NCBI GenBank assembly: GCA_021202715.1
Contig: JAJQCL010000192.1
Coordinates: forward strand, 1 to 34,636
DNA from: Lachnospiraceae bacterium
GTDB taxonomy: Bacteria; Bacillota; Clostridia; Lachnospirales; Lachnospiraceae
Reading direction: 5' to 3'
Length of the DNA stretch: 34,636 nt
Positions 26,743 through 33,967 of this stretch are shown in pieces. Within the stretch, counting starts at the first letter, position 1, and every line of letters starts with the position of its first letter. The notes beneath the pieces are model-generated. The model searched no databases, was not told the DNA's origin, and saw only the letters and a list, made by a program, of their open reading frames with translations. The translations under genes and the position numbers were made by a program.

Positions 26743-28197
26743 CTATTTCTTAGTAGTGACCGTCTTGGCCGAGCTCCAGCTGGAATAATACCTCGTTCCG
26801 CTTACGGTCTTGTAAGTGCGGACCCTCACATAATATTTCTTCGAAGCCTTCAGTTTGGAGAGCGTATAGGTCTTCTTGCTGCTGCCGCTGACCGTGACCG
26901 TCTTCTTGTTGCTTGTAAACGATTTGTTTGTCGCGTACTGGATCTGATAGCCGCTCGTCTGCGTGGTCACCTTGCTCCAGGTCACTTTGAAGCCCTTGCT
27001 CTTCGCGGTGAGTTTGGAGATGCTGGTGGCTTTGGGCTTGATCGTAAAGGTCTTCGTGACCGTCCCGCTGTAATTGCCCTTGAAGGTGATCGTCACCTTG
27101 TAGGTGCCGACCTTCTTCCGGCCCGAGGCATATTTCACGGTATAGTAGCTTGAGGAGATCGTGTTGCCCTTCGAATCCTTCACGGTGACCGTGGGTTTTC
27201 TGGCCTTCCCGTTGTAAGTGTAGGTGGTCGTCGAGAGCTTGACGGTCTTGATCTTGTAAATGGTTGAGGTCTTTGTATAGCCGCAGCCGCTGCAGATCTT
27301 CTTGATGGTGCCGTTCGCACTGGTAGTCGCTGCGGTGATATTCGTCGTATAGCTATGAGTGTGCTGGCTGACTTTGAAATTGAAGATGCCAGTTGTTACT
27401 TCATTGTAGTATGAGGCGGCAAAATAGTAAATGCCCGCTTCGAGGTAGATCGGTTCATTGACAACACTGCAGCCGATGGATGTATCCCATTCAATACCCG
27501 GCTTTGACCAGATCTTTGTACCAATGCTGTCATAGAGATTATAATGCAGCTTCCAGAAATAGGCAACAGAATAGAGGTCATAGTAACCGTCCGAGCTTAT
27601 GGTGAATTTATAGACGTCATTTGAATCGTTTGTCGCCAGTTGCCCGGTGTAGGTTGTTCCTACAGAGATCGTGCTTGCAGCGGCAAGGCTGTTATTGGTT
27701 CCGTTCCCGGTTTCCGTGAAACTTTCTCCCGCTGATGTGAAGCTGTAGGAGAAAGTATAGGTGCCAGTGTAGTTGTACGGTTCAACAACTAGATAGTAGA
27801 TGCCTTTCGTCAGATCACGATCAAAGGTGTTGGTGATCTGACCGGCTGAGGAGTCCCAGCTCAAAGCGCCACTGTTATACATCTGTTCTCCACTGCTGTC
27901 AAGCAGATAAATGTGTGCTCTTTGCATGAGTGCTATGATAGTAAAGGAGACACGTCCAGAGCTTGAGAGTTCAAATTTAAAATAGTCTGCTCCCGTGCTG
28001 GGTAGGGGATCTGTAATGCTGTCGCTATAGGATGTTCCGGCGCTGATGGTATATGCGGAGGCCATGTTGCTTCCGCCCTGGGCTTCTTCCGCGTGAACCG
28101 TAGTGGCCGCGGCCAGGGCGCAGATCAGTGCCAGAGCCAGGGTAAGTACCAACCCTCCCCAGGTACGTGTCAGTTTCCGATCGTTTTCCATATACAT
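26743..28197 (-). CDS. Secreted multidomain protein: two pre-peptidase-C-terminal (PPC)-like domains, an Ig-like module and an FN3 domain; no anchor motif seen
   Basis: A signal peptide is present (LVLTLALALICALAAATTVHAEEA). Two ~115-aa repeats carry the PPC-like pattern (AYTISAGTSYSDSI...ADYFKFELSSSGRVSF and ASTISVGTTYTGQL...DVYKFTISSDGYYDL). The C-terminal FN3 reads GFKVTWSKV...GYQIQYATN...YYVRVRTY. GC is lower than the surroundings (25/60 at 27541-27600). Confidence 0.68.
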   Translation of the reverse strand: MYMENDRKLTRTWGGLVLTLALALICALAAATTVHAEEAQGGSNMASAYTISAGTSYSDSITDPLPSTGADYFKFELSSSGRVSFTIIALMQRAHIYLLDSSGEQMYNSGALSWDSSAGQITNTFDRDLTKGIYYLVVEPYNYTGTYTFSYSFTSAGESFTETGNGTNNSLAAASTISVGTTYTGQLATNDSNDVYKFTISSDGYYDLYSVAYFWKLHYNLYDSIGTKIWSKPGIEWDTSIGCSVVNEPIYLEAGIYYFAASYYNEVTTGIFNFKVSQHTHSYTTNITAATTSANGTIKKICSGCGYTKTSTIYKIKTVKLSTTTYTYNGKARKPTVTVKDSKGNTISSSYYTVKYASGRKKVGTYKVTITFKGNYSGTVTKTFTIKPKATSISKLTAKSKGFKVTWSKVTTQTSGYQIQYATNKSFTSNKKTVTVSGSSKKTYTLSKLKASKKYYVRVRTYKTVSGTRYYSSWSSAKTVTTKK

Positions 28198-28419
28198 GCG
28201 ATACTACTTTCGTATGGAAATTCTATGATGTGAGCCGTGAAATATGTTCTTTAACTCACAATATTTACAAATTCAGTTTATCATCCGATCAGATTCCCGT
28301 CAATCATTTTATTTCCGGAACATCGCGGATGGTGCGGAAGAAAATCCCGGAGAAAAGGAACCGGGCACGGCTCAAATTAAAATAAGGAAGAAAAATCGCT
28401 CCTCTTATTTCAAGTTCGA

Positions 28420-28448
28420 TTGCTAAATTGAAATAACTAGGGTATAAT
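28420..28448 (+). promoter_or_regulatory. Candidate promoter of the decayed toxin-antitoxin module
   Basis: ttgcta (28420-28425)-17 nt-tataat (28443-28448). The RBS aaggag lies upstream of the ATG at 28481. Confidence 0.5.
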
Positions 28449-28480
28449 GAAAGCAATGTAGATTTGAAGGAGATAAAAAG

Positions 28481-28720
28481 ATGAGCAATAAAGAAAGAAT
28501 CGTACAATTATTAGATATTATTCCGGAATATAAGATCGGCTATGTGCTGGCATATATCCAGGGACTGGTAGCTGATGAAGAAGCAGACAATGCATTCTGT
28601 GAAAAACTGGTCAGGGACTATGAAAACGATACGGACCCTGAGAAGGAGGAAGAGTATACGCTGGAAGAATGCAAAAAACATACCAGATTGTTATTAAGAA
28701 GAGAGCGAAGAAGTTTATAG
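28481..28720 (+). CDS. Small acidic antitoxin-like protein; its 3' end runs 52 nt into the toxin frame
   Basis: 79 aa with an acidic C-terminal half (DEEADN...DTDPEKEEEY), located immediately upstream of a RelE/ParE-type reading frame. I did not recognise the family. The last ~13 residues (TRLLLRRERRSL) look like out-of-frame read-through after an A6 run at 28672-28677. Confidence 0.4.
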   Translation: MSNKERIVQLLDIIPEYKIGYVLAYIQGLVADEEADNAFCEKLVRDYENDTDPEKEEEYTLEECKKHTRLLLRRERRSL

Positions 28721-28928
28721 AAGCATTGCCCAGAAACGAGCGCGCCAGAATTGTTGCGGAGATTGAAAAGCTTCCGGCGGAGAGGACATCAAAAAGTTAA
28801 AGGGGCACAAAGATTATTTTCGGCTGAGAGTGGGAAGCTACAGAATTATCTACACTGTAGATAACGGGAAATGTGTTGTATGTGTCATTGACGCCGGGAA
28901 TCGAGGCGAAATTTATAACAGGTATTAA
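28669..28928 (+). pseudogene. RelE/ParE-family toxin gene disrupted by a frameshift
   Basis: Frame A (28669-28800) gives MQKTYQIVIKKRAKKFIEALPRNERARIVAEIEKLPAERTSKS*. Frame B (from 28785) gives DIKKLKGHKDYFRLRVGSYRIIYTVDNGKCVVCVIDAGNRGEIYNRY*. Joined, they form a complete RelE/StbE-like sequence. One nucleotide is missing near 28783-28785. Confidence 0.65.
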
Positions 28929-28934
28929 TGAATG

Positions 28935-28980
28935 AAGAACCGCCGGGTGCAGGTGCCGCATCCGGCGGCTGTCTGTCGGG
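28935..28980. repeat. Right copy of the 45-bp hairpin direct repeat
   Basis: aagaaccgccgggtgc-aggtgcc-gcatccggcggctgtctgtc has the same flanks and stem arms as 26697-26741. Only the loop (gatc vs aggtgcc) and the last 3 nt differ. No minus-strand gene ends here, so it is not acting as that strand's terminator. Confidence 0.7.
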
Positions 28981-29091
28981 GTTATAGGAAAGCATCTCTT
29001 TGGAGGTGCTTCTTTTCATATGGGAAAATGGATAAAAACGACCGGATGCGGACAAACTGAAGCAGAGAAGATCATGAAGGAGGACAACAGG

Positions 29092-29655
29092 ATGTCAATG
29101 ATCAACAAGGAAATTGCAGATTTTTCCGTGCAGGCGTTTCAGGACAATGCATTCAGGACGGTGACCCGGGCAGATGTGCTGGGGAAATGGAGTGTGTTTT
29201 TCTTTTATCCGGCGGATTTCACCTTTGTGTGCCCGACGGAGCTTGAGGATCTGGCGGAGAAGTATGAGGCCTTTCAGGCGGCGGGGTGCGAGATCTATTC
29301 CGTCTCCTGCGATTCGCATTTCGTTCATAAGGCCTGGCATGACGCTTCTGAGCGGATCAAGAAGATTCGTTACCCGATGCTGGCGGATCCGACGCACGCG
29401 CTGGCACGGGATTTCGATGTGCTGATCGAGGCGGACGGCATGGCGGAGCGGGGCAGCTTCATCGTGAATCCAGAAGGGCGGATCGTGGCCTATGAGGTGA
29501 ATGCAGGCAACATCGGGCGTAATGCGGAGGAGCTGTTCCGCCGTTTGCAGGCCAGTCAGTTCGTGGCAGCGCACGGCGATGAGGTCTGCCCGGCGAAGTG
29601 GCAGCCCGGCGCCGAAACATTGAAGCCCAGCCTGGATCTGGTGGGGCAGCTGTAA
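29092..29655 (+). CDS. ahpC: Peroxiredoxin, typical 2-Cys (alkyl hydroperoxide reductase subunit C)
   Basis: MSMINKEIADF...WSVFFFYPADFTFVCPTEL carries the peroxidatic Cys, and the C-terminal EVCPAKW carries the resolving Cys. The ATG at 29092 has aaggagg 8 nt upstream, so the listed 24-aa extension is rejected. Confidence 0.9.
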   Translation: MSMINKEIADFSVQAFQDNAFRTVTRADVLGKWSVFFFYPADFTFVCPTELEDLAEKYEAFQAAGCEIYSVSCDSHFVHKAWHDASERIKKIRYPMLADPTHALARDFDVLIEADGMAERGSFIVNPEGRIVAYEVNAGNIGRNAEELFRRLQASQFVAAHGDEVCPAKWQPGAETLKPSLDLVGQL

Positions 29656-29712
29656 GGATCCTTCGTTTCTTCCGGAGGCGGATAGGGCATCGTAGTGAAA
29701 GGCGGAAAAGTC

Positions 29713-31347
29713 ATGGATGAACAGGACAATCTGTATGATGTTGTGGTGATTGGCGGGGGTCCGGCGGGGCTCACCGCCGCCCTCTATCTGGCCCGGGCGC
29801 GGTACCGCGTGGTGGTGCTGGAGGAGGAGAGCTTCGGCGGGCAGATCGCAATCACGGAAGAAGTCGTGAATTACCCCGGCATCGCCCGGATCAGCGGTCG
29901 TGAACTGACGGAGATCATGCGAAGACAGGCGGAGAGCTTTGGCGCGGAGTTCCTCCTGGCCCGGGCCGAGCGGCTGGAGATGGAGGACGACGTGAAGACG
30001 GTGCACACCAGCCGCGGGCCGTTGAGCTGCTTCGGTGTGCTGCTGGCCACCGGCGCGCATCCCCGGAAGGTGGGATTCTCCGGGGAAGAGGAATATCGTG
30101 GGAGGGGCGTGGCCTACTGCGCGACCTGCGACGGCGAGTTTTTCACCGGGCAGGATGTCTACGTCGTGGGAGGCGGCTTCGCCGCGGCGGAGGAGAGCCT
30201 GTTCCTGACAAAATATGCCAGACAGGTGACGATCCTGATCCGCCGCGGAGATTTTTCCTGCGCGCAGAGTGTGGCCGATGAGGTGCGTGCGCATGAGAAG
30301 ATCACGGTGCGGCCCTTTACGGAGATCGAGTCAGTCTCCGGGGACACATATGTGCAGACGCTGCGGATGCGCAATAATCAGACCGGCGAGGTCACGGAGG
30401 TGCGGGCGCAGGAAGGGGAGCGTCTTGGCGTTTTCGTCTTCGCCGGGTACGAACCGGCCTCTTCTCTGGCGGAGGGACTGGCGGAGCGGGACGCGCAGGG
30501 TTATGTGGTGACGGACCGGAGTCAGAAGACCCGCACGGAGGGGCTTTATGCCGCGGGGGACGTTTGCGTCAAGCCGCTGCGCCAGGTAGCGACAGCCGTA
30601 GGAGACGGGGCGCTGGCGGCGACGGAGCTGGAGCGCTATGCGGCTATCATGCAGAGAAAGACCGGATTGCGGCCGAAGGTGGCAAAAAGAACAGTTGGAG
30701 CGGAGCGAAGAGAAGAGAGCGAAGAAGGAAGCAGATCGAAAACAGCGGATGGCCTCTTCACAGAGGAGATGCTGGCGCAGCTGCATACGGTATTCTCCCG
30801 GATGGAGCGGCCGCTTTTGCTGCGCCTGCAGCTGGATGAGCGCCCCGTTTCCTACGAACTGCGGCACTATATGGACAGCCTGGCGGCACTGACCGACCGC
30901 CTGCGGGTGGAGATCGACGATACAGGTGTCGCGGAGGAGCTTCCCTGCGTGCGTATCTGCACGGAGGACGGCGCAGAGACCGGGCTGGTCTTTCACGGCG
31001 TCCCCGGCGGCCATGAATTTACCTCCTTCGTGCTTGGCCTCTACAATGCGGCCGGTCCCGGCCAGCCCGTGGAGCCGGAGACCCTGGAGCGCATCCGGGC
31101 CATCGATCGCCGAAGGGATTTGAAGATTCTGGTCTCTCTCTCCTGCACGATGTGCCCCTCACTGGTCGCCGCCGCCTGGCGCATCGCGGCGGTAAATCCA
31201 CTGGTCACGGCGGAGGTCTACGACATCAACCATTTTGGTGCGCTGAAGGAGCGCTATCAGGTCATGAGTGTACCGTGTCTGGTGATCGATGAGGAAACGG
31301 TCACATTTGGAAAGAAGGATATCCGGCAGCTCCTCGAGCTGCTATAG
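29713..31347 (+). CDS. AhpF-like NAD(P)H peroxiredoxin reductase with permuted domain order (thioredoxin-reductase module first, AhpF-N-terminal-like double thioredoxin fold last)
   Basis: The N-terminal half carries DVVVIGGGPAGLTAALYLARA (FAD), CATCDG (redox CxxC) and VVGGGFAAAEE (NAD(P)H). The C-terminal ~200 aa carry FHGVPGGHEFTSFVLGLY and SLSCTMCPSLV...VNP...MSVPCLVI, which parallel the AhpF N-terminal domain (GSPLGHEFTSLVLALL, SLSCHNCPDVV) as I recall it. The ATG at 29713 is preferred over the GTG at 29695. Confidence 0.8.
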   Translation: MDEQDNLYDVVVIGGGPAGLTAALYLARARYRVVVLEEESFGGQIAITEEVVNYPGIARISGRELTEIMRRQAESFGAEFLLARAERLEMEDDVKTVHTSRGPLSCFGVLLATGAHPRKVGFSGEEEYRGRGVAYCATCDGEFFTGQDVYVVGGGFAAAEESLFLTKYARQVTILIRRGDFSCAQSVADEVRAHEKITVRPFTEIESVSGDTYVQTLRMRNNQTGEVTEVRAQEGERLGVFVFAGYEPASSLAEGLAERDAQGYVVTDRSQKTRTEGLYAAGDVCVKPLRQVATAVGDGALAATELERYAAIMQRKTGLRPKVAKRTVGAERREESEEGSRSKTADGLFTEEMLAQLHTVFSRMERPLLLRLQLDERPVSYELRHYMDSLAALTDRLRVEIDDTGVAEELPCVRICTEDGAETGLVFHGVPGGHEFTSFVLGLYNAAGPGQPVEPETLERIRAIDRRRDLKILVSLSCTMCPSLVAAAWRIAAVNPLVTAEVYDINHFGALKERYQVMSVPCLVIDEETVTFGKKDIRQLLELL

Positions 31348-31460
31348 CGGGACGATCCGGGCTATGAGCGGCAGAAGAAGAGCCCGGGAGCAGGGAGATC
31401 GGTTGTTTGAAATTTAGTGAGATATAAATTAGTAAATCGTAATTGACTAAATCCTGATCG

Positions 31461-31511
31461 AAGGGTATATTATAGGAAACGTCTTTATGTCGTTTACTAT
31501 AATATACCCTT
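31461..31511. promoter_or_regulatory. 51-bp near-perfect palindrome overlapping a candidate promoter, immediately upstream of the ATPase gene RBS
   Basis: The arms aagggtatattataggaaacg (31461-31481) and cgtttactataatataccctt (31491-31511) have 20/21 complementary positions and a 9-nt spacer. ttgact (31443-31448)-17 nt-tatatt places a -10 inside the left arm. GGAGG follows at 31516-31520. Confidence 0.6.
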
Positions 31512-31527
31512 TCTCGGAGGTGATGGC

Positions 31528-32937
31528 ATGTTTGTTGGCAGAGCGTGCGAGCTGGAAGCCCTGAACCGGCTGTATCAATCGGATCATTTTGAGTTCGCGG
31601 TGATTTATGGGCGGCGTCGGGTCGGGAAAACGGCGCTGATCAACCATTTTCTTCAAGGCAAAAAAGCGATTTACTTTATGGGTGTGGAGAGTAATGCCAG
31701 GCAGAATCTTGAGAACCTCAGCAGAAATATCCTTGAATATAGCATGCAGGTGGAGACGGAGACGGCATTTCTCTCCTTTCAGGCGGCTCTGGAGTATGTC
31801 TTTCAGCTCTCAGAGAAAGAACGACTGGTTTTTGTGATGGATGAGTATCCTTACGTGGCTCGCGCCTCGAAAAGTCTGGCCTCCACGCTGCAGCTTCTGA
31901 TTGATAAGTACAAGGACTCCTCCCGGCTTATGCTGATTCTCTGCGGTTCTTCCATGTCTTATATGGAGGATGAGGTTCTGGCCTATAAAGCGCCGCTGTA
32001 TGGCAGGCGGACAGCGCAGATGAAACTTTTACCGTTTGATTTTGAGGAGGCCTGCCACTGTCTTACGTACTTTTCGGCAGAGGATAAAGCATTGGCTTAT
32101 GGGATGGCGGGCGGCACACCGCAATATCTTTTGCAGATGGATGACCGGCGGAGCATCGAAGAGAATGTGAAAAATACATTTCTGAATCCGACCTCGTTCC
32201 TGTTTGAGGAACCGGAAAATCTACTGAAGCAGGAGGTGCGGGAACCGGCGATCTACAACGCCATCATCACAGCGATTGCGACCGGTGCTTCCCGTATGGC
32301 AGAGATCTCTGTAAAAGTCGGCGAGGACACCAGCGTGTGCGCTTCGTATCTGAAAAATCTGATCTCGCTGGGTCTGGTGCAGAGAGAGACCCCCTACGGC
32401 GAGAAGGCGTCCCGAAGATCGGTGTATAATATAGAAGATCCGATGTTCCGGTTCTGGTATCGTTTTGTCCCGGCGCAGCGTTCTGTCATCACCCGCGGGG
32501 CTGCCGACCTGGCCTGGCGGCGGATTGCGCCGCATTTATCGGAATACATGGGAAAAGCATTTGAAGAGATCTGTCGGCAATATCTCTGGAAACGGCTGCT
32601 GGAGGACAGGTCTCCGGTCGAATTTGATGATCTTGGACGCTGGTGGGGAACCGATGCGGCGACGCACAGTCAGGTGGAGATTGATATCATGGGCGCGCAG
32701 GATGTAGAGACAGCGTTGTTTGCTGAGTGCAAATGGACGAATGAAAAGGTTGATCTGGGTGTCCTGGAAACGTTACTTTATCGCAGCAGGCTGTTTCACT
32801 ATGAAAACACGCATCTGTACCTGTTTGCCAAAAACGGATTTACAAAGGGATGCGCCGAAGCGGCGGAGCAGATGGGAAATGTTACACTGGTTACTTACCC
32901 GGAAATGTTGGAAGATTTTCTGACCGGGCAGGAATGA
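31528..32937 (+). CDS. ATP-binding protein of the archaeal-ATPase (PF01637-like) + DUF234 type
   Basis: The Walker A motif reads IYGRRRVGKTALI and Walker B-like reads LVFVMDEYPY. The C-terminal segment VEIDIMG...ALFAECKW resembles a PD-(D/E)xK-like D...ExK arrangement. Confidence 0.72.
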   Translation: MFVGRACELEALNRLYQSDHFEFAVIYGRRRVGKTALINHFLQGKKAIYFMGVESNARQNLENLSRNILEYSMQVETETAFLSFQAALEYVFQLSEKERLVFVMDEYPYVARASKSLASTLQLLIDKYKDSSRLMLILCGSSMSYMEDEVLAYKAPLYGRRTAQMKLLPFDFEEACHCLTYFSAEDKALAYGMAGGTPQYLLQMDDRRSIEENVKNTFLNPTSFLFEEPENLLKQEVREPAIYNAIITAIATGASRMAEISVKVGEDTSVCASYLKNLISLGLVQRETPYGEKASRRSVYNIEDPMFRFWYRFVPAQRSVITRGAADLAWRRIAPHLSEYMGKAFEEICRQYLWKRLLEDRSPVEFDDLGRWWGTDAATHSQVEIDIMGAQDVETALFAECKWTNEKVDLGVLETLLYRSRLFHYENTHLYLFAKNGFTKGCAEAAEQMGNVTLVTYPEMLEDFLTGQE

Positions 32938-32957
32938 CGCAGCAGTCATGGAAAATG

Positions 32958-32995
32958 AAAACACCGCAGAGAAAAGGAACTCTCCGCGGTGTTTT
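32958..32995. terminator. Terminator between the convergent ATPase and DUF134-NifX genes
   Basis: A 10-bp stem pairs aaaacaccgc (32958-32967) with gcggtgtttt (32986-32995). The T-run continues as gtcttt. The A-run on the left gives minus-strand function as well. Confidence 0.65.
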
Positions 32996-33002
32996 GTCTT
33001 TC

Positions 33003-33046
33003 ATGCGCAGGGCTGCATAAGGATTTTTTCGGCTGACGCCGGATGC
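33003..33046. repeat. Intergenic structured repeat, copy 2 (see 9335-9379)
   Basis: atgcgcagggctgcataaggattttttcggctgacgccggatgc has the same inner hairpin (t)cggc-tgac-gccg(a). The outer right arm has diverged. Confidence 0.6.
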
Positions 33047-33057
33047 CGTCTGCCCGA

Positions 33058-33852
33058 TCAGTCCACACAGTGTCCGTGCCGGCACACGTGACCTTCGCCG
33101 TGGTGATGCCCATGACCGCCGCAGTTTCCGTCATGCTCTCCGCCGTGGTGATTGCACTGGACATCCGGGATGTAGGTGAGGCGTCCGGCCAGCAGGGATT
33201 CCACGGCGGCGTCCGCATCGCCGATGACGCCGCCGTACAGCTTGATGCCGACGGAGGCGAGCGCGGCCTGAGCGCCGCCTCCGATGCCGCCGCAGATGAG
33301 GACGTCGGCCTGCAGGGCGTTCAGGACCTCGGCCAGTGCGCCGTGTCCCTGACCGTTGGTGCTGACGACCTCCGAGGACACGATCTTTCCGTCCTCCGCG
33401 TCATAAACCTTAAACTGTCCCGTGTGGCCAAAATGCTGATAGATCTGGCCATTTTCATACGTGACAGCAATTCTCATGATGTTCTCTCCCTTCGATTTTT
33501 GGAAAATCCGCTCGATTTCCTGTTTGAAGCATCCCTCCAGACTGCAGTACCGGTTCGCGCCGCGGCAGAGCCGGACTTCGCCGCCCTCGATCTTCAGAGG
33601 GAGTCCCTCCACCAGGACGTCGGCCAGCTTCCGGCGTGCGGAATCATAAATCTTCTGCACGGTGGTCCGGGCGACCTGCATGCAGAGGCTGCATTGTTCC
33701 TGAGACAGGCCTTCGCGGTCGATCAGGCGGATCGTCTCATATTCATCGACGGTCAGAATGACGGGTTCTCTTCCGTCTTCATCCTTCGCAGGAATAAATT
33801 CCAGAGTCTGCGGGAACCGGCAGATTGTCCGGCATTTGGTTGGCCTCGGCAT
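33058..33852 (-). CDS. Fusion protein: DUF134 (UPF0251, sigma-70 region-4-like HTH) + NifX/NifB-like dinitrogenase FeMo-cofactor-biosynthesis-type domain + His/Cys/Gly-rich tail
   Basis: MPRPTKCRTICRFPQ...LTVDEYETIRLIDREGLSQEQCSLCMQVARTTVQKIYDSARRKLADVLVEG is the DUF134 pattern. MRIAVTYENGQIYQHFGHTGQFKVYD...VLICGGIGGGAQAAL...GIKLY is the NifX-like fold pattern. The tail is CNHHGGEHDGNCGGHGHHHGEGHVCRHGHCVD. The RBS is aaggagg. Confidence 0.75.
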   Translation of the reverse strand: MPRPTKCRTICRFPQTLEFIPAKDEDGREPVILTVDEYETIRLIDREGLSQEQCSLCMQVARTTVQKIYDSARRKLADVLVEGLPLKIEGGEVRLCRGANRYCSLEGCFKQEIERIFQKSKGENIMRIAVTYENGQIYQHFGHTGQFKVYDAEDGKIVSSEVVSTNGQGHGALAEVLNALQADVLICGGIGGGAQAALASVGIKLYGGVIGDADAAVESLLAGRLTYIPDVQCNHHGGEHDGNCGGHGHHHGEGHVCRHGHCVD

Positions 33853-33884
33853 GCGGATACCTCCTTGGGGGTGCTTCTTCCTGT

Positions 33885-33913
33885 ATCCTACTCTTGTTTA
33901 TGACATATGTCAA
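33885..33913 (-). promoter_or_regulatory. Candidate promoter of the DUF134-NifX gene with a 12-bp perfect palindrome over the -35
   Basis: The minus strand reads ttgaca (33908-33913)-17 nt-taggat (33885-33890). TGACATATGTCA (33901-33912) is a perfect palindrome overlapping the -35 box. Confidence 0.45.
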
Positions 33914-33967
33914 GAATAAATTCAGAGAACAAAATCAGAGCGGAAGAGGCTGTATGAGCGAGAAGAT

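Noticed and set aside
26697-28980. Calling the direct-repeat-flanked cassette a mobile element (IS, integron cassette or MITE)
   Set aside because: No transposase, integrase or attC-like consensus was recognised, and the repeat doubles as a terminator hairpin. It is kept as a finding (a possible insertion scar), not as an annotated mobile element.
28981-29091. PerR/OxyR-type operator upstream of ahpC
   Set aside because: I looked for a TTATAAT-N-ATTATAA-like PerR box or an extended OxyR tetranucleotide pattern and saw nothing convincing. No call is made.
29095-30294. 399-aa minus-strand ORF over ahpC and the reductase gene
   Set aside because: It is antisense to two genes with clear catalytic motifs (peroxiredoxin Cys motifs, FAD/NAD and CxxC). 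No independent support exists.
33043-33903. 286-aa plus-strand ORF
   Set aside because: The opposite strand encodes the recognisable DUF134 and NifX-like domains, with a strong aaggagg RBS and a promoter. The plus-strand product is Ala/Asp/Gly-rich with no motifs.
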